Assembly: GCA_963675915.1 (NCBI GenBank)
Contig: OY780959.1
Coordinates: forward strand, 360,001 to 392,000
Reading direction: 5' to 3'
DNA length: 32,000 bases
Source: Coprobacillaceae bacterium
Lineage (GTDB): Bacteria; Bacillota_I; Bacilli_A; Erysipelotrichales; Coprobacillaceae
Shown here: positions 1-8,728 of the stretch, one piece after another
How positions within the stretch are numbered: the stretch's first letter is position 1
Layout: each line of letters opens with the position of its first letter
Notes under the pieces: model-generated
The model's input: only the letters and a program-made list of their open reading frames with translations
Told to the model about the DNA's origin: nothing
Database searches by the model: none
Translations under genes and position numbers: made by a program

Positions 1-2
1 AC

Positions 3-434
3 TTTGGATTCTTTGTGGAACTCGACAATACCGTTGACGGTTTGGTTCATGTTACTGATATGACTGATGATTTCTATACTTATGATGAAATCAAACTGCG
101 TTATCTGGGTCGGAGAACCGGTAATGTCTTCTCAATGGGACAGAAAGTCAAAGTCAGATTGAAATCAGCATCCAAGCTGGAAAAGAAAATCGACTTTGAA
201 ATTGTGTCCAAAGGTAAAAACGGTAATGGTCGTCCTAAAAAACACAGCAAATACAAGAAAAACCGCAAAGGCGACAAACCAGAAGATCGTCGCCCATACA
301 AAGCAGATGGCAAACGACCTGGCAAACCTGGGGGTAAACGACCAAGCAAACCCGGTGGCAAGCGACCTGACAAATCTTCAGGTGAAGGTTATAAAAAGCA
401 TAAAAAGAAACATTCAAGAAAACCTAGTCAATAA
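3..434 (+). CDS. rnr: Ribonuclease R, 3' portion only (S1 RNA-binding domain plus basic Lys/Gly/Pro-rich tail); the 5' end is outside the window
   Basis: The frame is open from the window edge (FGFFVELDNTVDGLVHVTDMTDDFYTYDE...). This resembles the RNase R S1-domain pattern GFFV..L....GLVHVS.L.DDyY. A KRPGKPGG-type basic tail follows. The rnr-smpB-ssrA synteny is as known from Bacillus. Confidence 0.8.
   Translation, partial: FGFFVELDNTVDGLVHVTDMTDDFYTYDEIKLRYLGRRTGNVFSMGQKVKVRLKSASKLEKKIDFEIVSKGKNGNGRPKKHSKYKKNRKGDKPEDRRPYKADGKRPGKPGGKRPSKPGGKRPDKSSGEGYKKHKKKHSRKPSQ
309..380 (+). repeat. Three imperfect 24-nt tandem units inside the rnr tail, encoding GKRPGKPG / GKRPSKPG / GKRPDKSS
   Basis: Direct reading: ggcaaacgacctggcaaacctggg / ggtaaacgaccaagcaaacccggt / ggcaagcgacctgacaaatcttca. 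Confidence 0.8.
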
Positions 435-494
435 CTTGACAAATATCAGATATGTATTATCATAATATAAGCACATAAAAAGGAGGTGATATGC

Positions 495-941
495 ATGAAG
501 GTAATTTCGAACAATAAAAAAGCGTACCATGATTATTTTATCCTGGATACCTATGAAGCCGGAATCGAACTCAAAGGGACTGAAATCAAGTCAATCCGTC
601 TGGGTAATGTCAATTTGAAAGACAGTTATGTCCGGATTAAAAACGGTGAAGTTCAAATCGTGAACATGCATATCTCACCTTATTCTATGGGCAATATCTT
701 CAATCACGAACCGACAAGAACTCGCAAGTTGTTGCTTCATAAAAAAGAGATTCTTAAAATCGAAAACAAGCTTAAAGAAGGGGGACTGACCATAGTTCCT
801 ACCAAGCTGTATTTCGGTAATTCTTCCAAAGCAAAATTGGAGATTGGAATCGCCAAAGGTAAGAAGCTTTACGACAAGCGTCAAGACTTGAAAGCCCGTG
901 ATGCCAAACGAGAAATCGAAAAGGCGATGAAGAATTATTAA
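495..941 (+). CDS. smpB: SsrA-binding protein SmpB
   Basis: [35 protein letters not shown]... is a typical SmpB sequence. GGAGG at 482-486 lies 8 nt upstream of the ATG at 495, so the track start at 486 (GTG) is less likely. The tmRNA gene is immediately downstream. Confidence 0.95.
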   Translation: MKVISNNKKAYHDYFILDTYEAGIELKGTEIKSIRLGNVNLKDSYVRIKNGEVQIVNMHISPYSMGNIFNHEPTRTRKLLLHKKEILKIENKLKEGGLTIVPTKLYFGNSSKAKLEIGIAKGKKLYDKRQDLKARDAKREIEKAMKNY

Positions 942-944
942 CAC

Positions 945-1293
945 GGGGGTGTCCTGGATTCGACAGGGGCCTGTTTGACCTTAGTTGCAGCCGTCGGCAT
1001 ACGTTAAGTGCACCAAAAAATATCTGGAAACAGACAACAAACTTTTGCTTTCGCATAGTCAATAACGACTGAAAGCGCCATTATCTGATGTGCCTATCGT
1101 CATTTAATCGGCCACATACTCAATAGGATAAGGATTGCCGATGCTCGAGCGGTGATCACGAAAATCCCAGAGCTCGCTAGGCGAAAAATTGTCATTTGTT
1201 TGTAACCTAGTTAAATCTTCTCGAATGACTAAGCTGTAGACGCTTTGGAGGAACGGTCTTTGGACGGGGGTTCGATTCCCCCCACCTCCACCA
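945..1293 (+). ncRNA. ssrA: tmRNA (transfer-messenger RNA)
   Basis: The 5' end GGGGGTGTCCTGGATTCGACAGGGG and the 3' end GGACGGGGGTTCGATTCCCCCCACCTCCACCA fit tmRNA. The acceptor stem GGGGGTG/CACCTCC includes the G3:U pair, followed by ACCA. The internal tag frame ends ...GNRQQTFAFA-TAG (1026-1058). Confidence 0.9.
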
Positions 1294-1303
1294 AATGCGA
1301 AAT

Positions 1304-1326
1304 AACGCCTTTATAAAGGCGTTTTA
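1304..1326 (+). terminator. Rho-independent terminator downstream of ssrA
   Basis: The palindrome aacgcctt-tata-aaggcgtt is followed by tt. Confidence 0.55.
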
Positions 1327-1555
1327 GATATCAAAGACTCTATGTAACTCTATTTGTGAGACACATGGAGTTTTTTTGTTATTAGCATATATTGGGGTTG
1401 TGGAGAATATTTTCGAATAAAGGGATTAGTACTTTAATTTATTTAATAAAATATATTCTACTGTACTTACTTTCAATTTAAATTAGACAAACTGATAAAA
1501 GTAACTGATTATGGTAAATCAACGTAATTTGAGTATTACAATATAGATTTTATCT

Positions 1556-2340
1556 TTACCCCCTATTCTCGATAAGAGTAGCCCCGATGCTTTTGTTTTT
1601 GCAGTCCGTGACTTTGTTGTCTCGGCCACTGCAGCTGTAGTGGGCATAGTAGGTGCCATCACGATTTCTGGATATTTTTCCGCTCACATATGAATGACCA
1701 CATTCACCACAAAATAATTTACCGGTCAGCAGGTAAAAGTGGCACCCATTACGCCGTGGTTTGATTTTGGCATACATCATTGATTGGACCAGATTCCATG
1801 TATCTTATCTGATGATCCTTGGAAGAGCATTTTCGATCCGGACAATTACTTTGTCGTCCTTATATTGGTGATTGCCTTTTTTCTTGCTTTTGCGCTTTTT
1901 CCAGATATAGCAACCACGATATTTTTCATTTCGGAGAATATCATAAATGCTGTTTTGGCTGAAGTTCTTTCCACGCTTGCTCTTATAACCTTTTTCGTTA
2001 AGTGTCTTGGCGATCAGTGTATATCCGCAGCCTTGGCAATACAACTCAAAAACTAACTTGATGCTTTGGGCTTCGATTTCATTGATCTCGTATTTTTGAT
2101 TAACAATATTGAATCCGAGTGGAGCGGTACCACCATTGGAGATTGCTTTTAGGGCATTCTCGTTCATTCCTTTACGGACTTCCCGGGCAAGGTTTATGGA
2201 ATAATATTCATTAATACCTTCCTGTACCGCTTTGAGAATAACAGCTTCTGGCGCGCCATTGAGTTTCTCCAGTACCGAGATCAGACGTACACCGTTATCA
2301 CGTGGGGCGACAATGACACTGAGCTCGAAGCCAATGAAAT
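1556..2340 (-). pseudogene. Large serine recombinase remnant: N-terminally truncated, internally frameshifted and C-terminally short
   Basis: The minus frame 2340->1805 reads ...GVRLISVLEKLNGAPEAVILKAVQEGINEYYSINLAREVRKGMNE... (end of the resolvase domain) and continues into the recombinase domain. A stop at 1805 and a frame change precede the zinc-ribbon segment YLLTGKLFCGECGHSY (1556-1780). About 70 N-terminal residues with the catalytic Ser are absent (stop upstream at about 2343). The protein ends soon after the zinc ribbon. Confidence 0.8.
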
Positions 2341-2346
2341 TGTGTC

Positions 2347-2799
2347 ATGCTTCATGCAACAGTTCAGCTCCAACTTTGTTCAAGGTGTGTTCGCCTGGAC
2401 CTGAATGTCTTGAACGAAACTAGCGCTCTGGATGATCCAGTTGTTGAAAAAACGGCTGTCACAGAGGCAAAGCCGATGACCGTCACAATTACGGCTTACA
2501 CAGTCAAAAAAGGCTACACGCTAAGCTCAATCGCCACAAGGTATAAGACTACAGTTGCCACTCTAGTAAAGTGGAACAAAATTAAAGATCCTAACAAAAT
2601 CTATGTTGGCCAAAAATTGATTTTAGTCGGTGGCACAGGCGCTTCGTCAGCATCTTCAGACAAAGTATACCTAGTCAAAAGCGGTGATACCTTGTCTGGA
2701 ATTGCGAAGAAGCTGGGTAAGACAGTTGATTACTTGGTGAAGAAAAACGGGATCAAGAACCGGAACCTGATCTATCCCGTACAAAAAGTTAAGTACTAG
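2347..2799 (+). CDS. Protein with two LysM repeats; probably the surviving 3' part of a phage or cell-wall hydrolase gene
   Basis: Two LysM-like units are present: [43 protein letters not shown] and [41 protein letters not shown]. No catalytic domain is seen. The 5' region abuts the recombinase remnant. Confidence 0.6.
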   Translation: MLHATVQLQLCSRCVRLDLNVLNETSALDDPVVEKTAVTEAKPMTVTITAYTVKKGYTLSSIATRYKTTVATLVKWNKIKDPNKIYVGQKLILVGGTGASSASSDKVYLVKSGDTLSGIAKKLGKTVDYLVKKNGIKNRNLIYPVQKVKY

Positions 2800-2801
2800 C
2801 C

Positions 2802-3014
2802 ATGGGCGCGTTCAATTACTTTTATACCGGGGATAAAGTCAAAGTCAAAAACGATTGTGCGGATATTCTCAATAACAGATTGCCGGACCTCTTGAAGGCA
2901 TCGACATTCACGGTCATGTATTTCGAGAGAGTACACGGTGAAGCGTGTTATCTGCTTGAATCATTCAACGGAGGCCGTTATTGCTTCCACCAATCGGTAT
3001 TAGAAAGAGCCTAG
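2802..3014 (+). CDS. Hypothetical 70-aa protein
   Basis: The ORF starts 3 nt after the preceding stop and ends inside a terminator hairpin. No motif was recognised. Confidence 0.4.
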   Translation: MGAFNYFYTGDKVKVKNDCADILNNRLPDLLKASTFTVMYFERVHGEACYLLESFNGGRYCFHQSVLERA

Positions 3015-3035
3015 GGTAAAACCTAGGCCTTTTTG
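3009..3035. terminator. Hairpin terminator shared by convergent ORFs
   Basis: gcctagg-gtaaaa-cctaggc is followed by cttttt on the + strand. Both convergent stop codons lie within the stem. Confidence 0.6.
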
Positions 3036-3439
3036 TGTTTATTTTGGTTTCCTTCAAAACTAATAATATATTCGAACTGCGATTTTTCATTAATTTCAAT
3101 TTCGAATTCAAATTCTTGTGAATAATTGTCACCAAAAATATTATAATAATTAAATATTAGGACGTATTTACCAACATCTTTACTCGTTGTTTTTTGTGAA
3201 ATAAATGTTAATTTAATTGAATCGTTTGAGTTAATTGAAATTGGTTGTGCATTGTGTATCATTTGTCCTGTTTGATATCTAATACCAATTCTAAGGTTTA
3301 CAGCTGGACCATTTCCGCTATTCGAGACTGTCAAAGGATAATTAAAGAAACTTGCTGGTGTAATTATTAACCGGTTATCTTTAGTATACTCAACTTTTTT
3401 GCCTAAAATGTCTCTTGCTTTTCTTAAATCATCTGGCAA
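3023..3439 (-). CDS. Hypothetical protein, possibly 5'-truncated by the IS66 insertion
   Basis: The track start is a TTG. The same frame stays open upstream (LLDGSFDIRYD-) right to the IS end at 3473. No family was recognised. Confidence 0.45.
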   Translation of the reverse strand: MPDDLRKARDILGKKVEYTKDNRLIITPASFFNYPLTVSNSGNGPAVNLRIGIRYQTGQMIHNAQPISINSNDSIKLTFISQKTTSKDVGKYVLIFNYYNIFGDNYSQEFEFEIEINEKSQFEYIISFEGNQNKHKKA

Positions 3440-3519
3440 ATCGTAACGTATATCAAAACTGCCATCTAAAAGGTATGCGTCAAATAGAGCGGTGGTAGGT
3501 TGTCGAGGTCATTGATGGT

Positions 3520-3882
3520 ATGATTATCACATCGAATTGGAGGTGTGATGATTTGAATTATTCTGATGATCAGTGGCAGGTGATATTTACTGAGGCTGCC
3601 AATAGTGATCTGACCATTAAAAAATGGTGTTTGGCTAACGATGTTTCGTACAATGCTTTTTGCTACCACAAGTATTCTAAGCCATATTTGAATCGCTCAA
3701 GAGATGAAGTTAAGGATTCTGGATTTACTACAGCTCTTGTCAGGCTGGATATTGTTGATTGCAACAGTAAAGTTGTTTCCAAGGGGTTCGATGTCAATAT
3801 TGGCAAGGCTACTATTTCGGTTGACGACTCGACAGACTTGGAAACTCTGGCTAAACTGATAGGTATGATCAATGAAGCTTAG
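3520..3882 (+). CDS. tnpA: IS66 accessory protein TnpA (orf1)
   Basis: This is the first small ORF of the IS. It overlaps tnpB by 11 nt. An alternative TTG start at 3553 lies behind GGAGG (3540-3544). Confidence 0.75.
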   Translation: MIITSNWRCDDLNYSDDQWQVIFTEAANSDLTIKKWCLANDVSYNAFCYHKYSKPYLNRSRDEVKDSGFTTALVRLDIVDCNSKVVSKGFDVNIGKATISVDDSTDLETLAKLIGMINEA

Positions 3883-4231
3883 GTTTGAAGACTTCGACAA
3901 TATCTATTTGGTTCCTGGGGCAACTGATCTTAGGAAAAGCTACGCCGGGTTAAGCGCGATTGTATCCCACAGCCTGTATCTTGACCCCACCGCCAATAAC
4001 CTGTACATCTTTTGCAACAGATCCAAGAAAAGCATCAAGATGCTGGAGTTCGACAAGAACGGATTTGTCATCCACTCCAAGAAGCTGCTTAATAAAGATA
4101 AGTTCTTCTGGCCCAAGGGTGATGAAGATATCACTTCAATGGTTGTTGACATCCGTCAGTTGAGTTGGTTGCTTGATGGATTGGCAATTGAACAGAAAAG
4201 GGCATTCAAGGACATTTCAGTAATGATATAG
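3872..4231 (+). CDS. tnpB: IS66 accessory protein TnpB (orf2)
   Basis: The roughly 119-aa protein starting ...IYLVPGATDLRKSYAGLSAIV... fits the IS66 Orf2 pattern (DMRKSfdGL) and the expected position. Confidence 0.85.
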   Translation: MKLRFEDFDNIYLVPGATDLRKSYAGLSAIVSHSLYLDPTANNLYIFCNRSKKSIKMLEFDKNGFVIHSKKLLNKDKFFWPKGDEDITSMVVDIRQLSWLLDGLAIEQKRAFKDISVMI

Positions 4232-4378
4232 CCCCTACGCATAAGATTAATTCACATTTTTTTGTGGGTTTATCTTTTGCCTTTTGAAGTTATTCACATC
4301 TTTTATAAATTGCCGTGAAATCAAGACTTTCAGGGCTTTTTATGCTACAATGCCACTAGTGGAAAGAGGTGGATTCAA

Positions 4379-6163
4379 GTGATCAAATTGATGGAAGATA
4401 TGACAAAAGAAGAACTTATCGAAGCGTTCAAACAACGTGAACAGGAACTCTATGCCAAAATCGAATCCGACCGTATTTCAAAAGAAAAACTTATTAAAGA
4501 AAAGAAGAATTTATCTGCCGATAATAAGAAATTGACTTCCGATATTGATAAAATGGCAGCTGAAATCAAAGAACGCAAACTTGAACTACAACAGAAAAAC
4601 GAATACATCAAATTATTGGAAAACGCCCGCTACAGCTCCCAACGCAACAATATTAAGGAATATAACCAAGGTCCTGATCTGTTTAGTCTAATCGGTGTTG
4701 ATTTTGATAATGCTACTGAAACCGAAGAATTCGAAACTACGGAAATCAAAGGTTACAAAAGAAAAGTTAGAATCCCCAAAGAAAAACATATCAATTATGA
4801 CCATCTCAAAACCAATATAATTACAGAAGAAACTCCTGATGGTTTCGACGTTTGCGATCTTTGTGGTACAACTATGACAATCAAAAAATACGATGAAAGA
4901 AAAGAACTTGTCTATACACCCGCCAAAGTTGAATTGAATATTTACCGTACACCGGTATACGAATGTGTTGCTTGTCAGGAACACAACTTGGAAGGTAAAT
5001 CATCGTACAAGAAAGTTCCTGGAAGACAACCGGTTATCAAGGGAAGCATTGCATCGCCATCACTGATTGCAACTATAATGGACATGAAATATTTAAAGGG
5101 TTTGCCACTGGCTGCTCAGGAAAAACGTTTCCTTGAAAATGACATCGTCATCCCTAGACAGAATATGGCCAACTGGATGATCAAGGCATCGGTTCATCTT
5201 AACCTGTTGTTTGAGTGCATGCACAAAGACTTGTTGTCCATGGAAGTGATCCACTGCGATGAAACCACCACCCAGGTTCTAAAGGAAGAAGGCAAAGAAC
5301 CTCAAAGCAACTCTTACATGTGGGTGTTCAGAAGTAACCAGTATGATGCTCCGATTATCTTGTATCGTTATGATCCAACTCGCTCAAAAAAGGTTGTTGA
5401 GGACTTTATCGGTGATTACTCCAATCATATGGTTACCGATGCTTATATTGCTTACGAGTCATTGGATAATGTCACCAATTGCTTCTGCCATGTCCATGCT
5501 TTCCGCTATTTCCGTGAAGCCTTGGATGTACTGCCAAAAGGCAGCAATAAAAACCAAAGTTACGAATACAAATGCTATCGCTATTACAAAAAAGTATTCG
5601 AAGCAAAAAACAAAATTGAACAGGCTGCTAAGGGAAAATATCCAAAGAACCGGGATAAATATTTTCAATATATTCATAAGGGTCGAAAAGATGTCGTAAA
5701 GCCGATCTACGATAAGTTTTTAGCGTACCTTAAAGAAATAATCCTGTTGCCCGAAGTTAATATGAAACCAACCTTGCTTAAGGCAATCAAATATCTGATG
5801 AACCACGAAAAGGAATTCAGCGAGGTATTTAATAACCCGAAAGTTCCATTCGACAATTCAAGCACGGAGCGAGCTATCAGACCGTTTGTCGTATCAAGGA
5901 ATCGATGTAAATTCTATACAAGCCCCAAAGGAGCGCAAGCCGCAGCGATAATCTATTCGATACTGTTGAGCGCCCAGGAAAACAAGCTGTCACCGTACAT
6001 GTACATGACGTACGTACTGGAACGTCTTCCGGGAATCGATCCTACTGATGAAGAAGAAATTAGAAAACTACTACCCTACAATAAGGAACTGCCAAGATAT
6101 CTGCGTCAATTGACAGCGAAGGAAATCAAAGAACTAAAAAAAGGAATCCCAAGACGGAAATAA
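4379..6163 (+). CDS. tnpC: IS66-family DDE transposase TnpC
   Basis: It has an N-terminal coiled coil, a zinc finger (CDLCG...CVACQ) and DDE-region motifs HCDETTTQVL, VTDAYIAYESL and NSSTERAIRPF. The GTG start lies behind GAAAGAGGTGG. Confidence 0.9.
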   Translation: MIKLMEDMTKEELIEAFKQREQELYAKIESDRISKEKLIKEKKNLSADNKKLTSDIDKMAAEIKERKLELQQKNEYIKLLENARYSSQRNNIKEYNQGPDLFSLIGVDFDNATETEEFETTEIKGYKRKVRIPKEKHINYDHLKTNIITEETPDGFDVCDLCGTTMTIKKYDERKELVYTPAKVELNIYRTPVYECVACQEHNLEGKSSYKKVPGRQPVIKGSIASPSLIATIMDMKYLKGLPLAAQEKRFLENDIVIPRQNMANWMIKASVHLNLLFECMHKDLLSMEVIHCDETTTQVLKEEGKEPQSNSYMWVFRSNQYDAPIILYRYDPTRSKKVVEDFIGDYSNHMVTDAYIAYESLDNVTNCFCHVHAFRYFREALDVLPKGSNKNQSYEYKCYRYYKKVFEAKNKIEQAAKGKYPKNRDKYFQYIHKGRKDVVKPIYDKFLAYLKEIILLPEVNMKPTLLKAIKYLMNHEKEFSEVFNNPKVPFDNSSTERAIRPFVVSRNRCKFYTSPKGAQAAAIIYSILLSAQENKLSPYMYMTYVLERLPGIDPTDEEEIRKLLPYNKELPRYLRQLTAKEIKELKKGIPRRK

Positions 6164-6292
6164 ACTGTCCCTGGATTCCTTTTCACTTACCCTCGAATAT
6201 TCTCCCACCGCTCTATTTGACGCATACGATATAAATACTAGAACAAAATTCACATAATTGTAACATTACATATGTGTTATTATTCTCATATA

Positions 6293-6301
6293 TGATATAA
6301 T
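6293..6301 (+). promoter_or_regulatory. Candidate extended -10 promoter element (TGaTATAAT) upstream of the mcrB-like gene
   Basis: TGATATAAT lies about 130 nt upstream of the ATG at 6431. Only a weak -35 (TGTGTT) is seen. Confidence 0.3.
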
Positions 6302-6430
6302 CTACTTATCATGTAAGGATTATGTGACATTTTGGGTTTGAAGAAGCGAAGAATGTAATATTATTTATGTATTGTAATCTTGTTTTTCCGTCACTGAGTC
6401 ATTGATAGATTATCAAAGGGGATTTTCAAA

Positions 6431-8725
6431 ATGAAAATATATTTAGGGAAGTTTAGCAGCAAGTATCCTGAACAAGTAAAACATAGATTCTATGCTGCTG
6501 GAGTTGAAGGAAACAAATGGTATGGTGATGTCAAAGTCGGAGACTATGTTTTTGTCGGATATTCAGGCAAAATCATTGAATTGTGGCAGGCGAGAGAATA
6601 TGGGAAGTTTAAAAACAGTATAAACCCCAAAGATGACAATGTCTTGTTGTTTGATTTGGTCAAAAAATATGATGATATAAGCTTGATAAATGACTTTGCA
6701 AGATATAAGTATTTCAAACATGACTTGAATCTTGTAAATAAAATCTCTAAAAGCGTTACTGGATTGGGGTTTATTCCCATTAACACTTCAGAGAGTTGCC
6801 CGATGCCTGAAGACATTGATTTCAAGGCTGGTTTAGTAGATATCTACATATCCTTGAAAGAATTGGAAGTGGATTATAAAGAAGGTGACATTATCGTTAC
6901 GATAGATAATGAAACTTATATGAATATTGAAAGTATCAATCGGTTTAGAGATGGGCAATTTGTTTTGTATGAAGAGTTAAATAAATTATATGAAGAAAAA
7001 TGTGCGGATGATAAGAAATATTCGTTGAGTGAATTGCGATATTTTGCTGAGCAAGATAATGCGCCTAAAAAGCGTAACTATTTGGATTCTTTAATTGAAG
7101 AATTACATAAGAATGGATTCATGAAAGTATTCAGTATCGTAAGCTTGTATGACAATGTACTTGTCGGAAGAAAGAAAACATTTGTTGGAAAATCCAAACC
7201 AAAAGCTGGAGAATCTGTTATTGAAGAGACGGTTGATGATTCTGATAGTGATGACGAACAATATAATTTACAGGCAAGTTTGCTAAATTTTAATCCGAAC
7301 CTAATTTTATATGGACCTCCGGGAACGGGTAAAACATTTGCGACAAGAAAAATAATTGATAACTTTGAAAAGAAGTACAACAATAATGGTGGCAGCTACA
7401 AACAAGCAGACAAAGAAAATAGGGTTAAATCGGTAACTTTCCATCAGTCGTATTCCTATGAGGAATTTATTGAAGGAATCAGACCGGAATTAGGTGTGGA
7501 TTCTTCGAATGTTGGTTATAAGCTTGAAAATGGATTATTTAAAGAATTGTGCATCAATGCGGAGAAGGAATTTTTGAAAAATATTAACAATGTTGATTAT
7601 GTTGATATGATTCATTCCGAAAGCAAAATATGGAAGATGTCGCTAGGTGAGCGAAAGTCGAATACCTTGTTCAATGAATGCATTAGAGTCAATGATATTG
7701 CGATTGGCTGGTTGAATGATCAAGATTTGACAGATATGGATCAACAAGAGATCCTGGATGCTTTAGGGGATAGTAGCATTTTCGGTGATAAACCAACCCA
7801 AAATGCAAATACTATCTATTCATTTGTAAATGAGATGACAATTGGCGATATTGTCCTGGTTTATGATAGCCAGCAGACGACAAGGATGATAGGGGTTATC
7901 AAATCTGAATACCGATACGATCAAAAATATGAGGTTAGACACCGAAGAAGTGTGGAATGGTTCAAAGATTTAGACTATCCAATCAATATTCATAAATATA
8001 ATGGATACAAAAACTTATCTTTGAAGACTATTTATCCACTAACTAGAATTAGCATTTCCGACATAATCGAAATAGTGACTCAAAACAGCAATTCTCAAGC
8101 GAGTATGGAAGATAAAAAAGTTATCAAGCCTTACTATATGATTATTGATGAAATAAACCGAGGGAACATCGCCAAGATATTCGGAGAGTTAATTACTCTT
8201 GTTGAACAAGATAAGAGGGGAAATTATAAGAGTCTATTGCCCTATTCTAAGAAGGATTTTACTGTACCTAGCAATTTGTATATCATTGGTACCATGAATA
8301 CTGCCGACCGATCGATAGCCGCTATTGATACGGCGCTTAGAAGAAGGTTTACGTTTGTTGAAATCGAACCGGATTCATCAATTTTGTCACTGCAAGGTAA
8401 CGCGATAATTAACGATAAAGTTGATTTGGCGAAATTGCTTGATTCATTGAATGAACGAATCATCAACAACTATGATCGAGATCATCGGATTGGTCATGCC
8501 TATTTCATGGGTATTGAAACCTTGAATAATCTTTTCCAAACATGGTACTACAAAATCCTACCGCTATTGAGTGAATATTTCTACAATGATATCGAAGCGT
8601 TGCAGTCGATAGTTGGCAAGGATTTTTATGATGATAATGGCAATGTAAAATATCTGGACATATCTGATGATCAGCAAGGTGGTTCAGAGTTTGAGCAAAG
8701 TTTGATTAATATCTACCGGGTGTAG
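6431..8725 (+). CDS. mcrB: McrB-family AAA+ GTPase (type IV restriction motor subunit) with an extra N-terminal region and a roughly 175-aa insertion inside the AAA+ module
   Basis: Motifs seen are Walker A GPPGTGKT, FHQSYSYEEFIEGIRP, Walker B/McrB signature MIIDEINRGNIAKIFGELITLVEQDKRG, IIGTMNTADRS and ALRRRFTFVE. An mcrC-like gene follows 3 nt downstream. Confidence 0.9.
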   Translation: MKIYLGKFSSKYPEQVKHRFYAAGVEGNKWYGDVKVGDYVFVGYSGKIIELWQAREYGKFKNSINPKDDNVLLFDLVKKYDDISLINDFARYKYFKHDLNLVNKISKSVTGLGFIPINTSESCPMPEDIDFKAGLVDIYISLKELEVDYKEGDIIVTIDNETYMNIESINRFRDGQFVLYEELNKLYEEKCADDKKYSLSELRYFAEQDNAPKKRNYLDSLIEELHKNGFMKVFSIVSLYDNVLVGRKKTFVGKSKPKAGESVIEETVDDSDSDDEQYNLQASLLNFNPNLILYGPPGTGKTFATRKIIDNFEKKYNNNGGSYKQADKENRVKSVTFHQSYSYEEFIEGIRPELGVDSSNVGYKLENGLFKELCINAEKEFLKNINNVDYVDMIHSESKIWKMSLGERKSNTLFNECIRVNDIAIGWLNDQDLTDMDQQEILDALGDSSIFGDKPTQNANTIYSFVNEMTIGDIVLVYDSQQTTRMIGVIKSEYRYDQKYEVRHRRSVEWFKDLDYPINIHKYNGYKNLSLKTIYPLTRISISDIIEIVTQNSNSQASMEDKKVIKPYYMIIDEINRGNIAKIFGELITLVEQDKRGNYKSLLPYSKKDFTVPSNLYIIGTMNTADRSIAAIDTALRRRFTFVEIEPDSSILSLQGNAIINDKVDLAKLLDSLNERIINNYDRDHRIGHAYFMGIETLNNLFQTWYYKILPLLSEYFYNDIEALQSIVGKDFYDDNGNVKYLDISDDQQGGSEFEQSLINIYRV

Positions 8726-8728
8726 ACA

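Larger units (their letters stand above)
3473..6227 (+). mobile_element. IS66-family insertion sequence, copy A (tnpA-tnpB-tnpC)
   Basis: 23-bp terminal inverted repeats GTATGCGTCAAATAGAGCGGTGG lie at 3473-3495 and, reverse-complemented, at 6205-6227. The three-ORF organisation is typical of IS66. The flanking 8-mers TCTAAAAG and GATATAAA do not match. Confidence 0.9.

Noticed and set aside
1784-2056. Plus-strand 90-aa ORF
   Set aside because: It lies antisense to the clearly homologous recombinase-domain frame and has a hydrophobic, low-complexity translation. It is a shadow ORF.
2232-2423. Plus-strand 63-aa ORF
   Set aside because: It overlaps the resolvase-domain remnant on the opposite strand and has no RBS or motif.
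4688-5699. ORFs antisense to or out of frame with IS66 tnpC (4688-4984 -, 5343-5699 +, 5459-5677 -) and their mirror images in copy B
   Set aside because: They are fully embedded in the transposase gene, and their composition is typical of alternative-frame artefacts.
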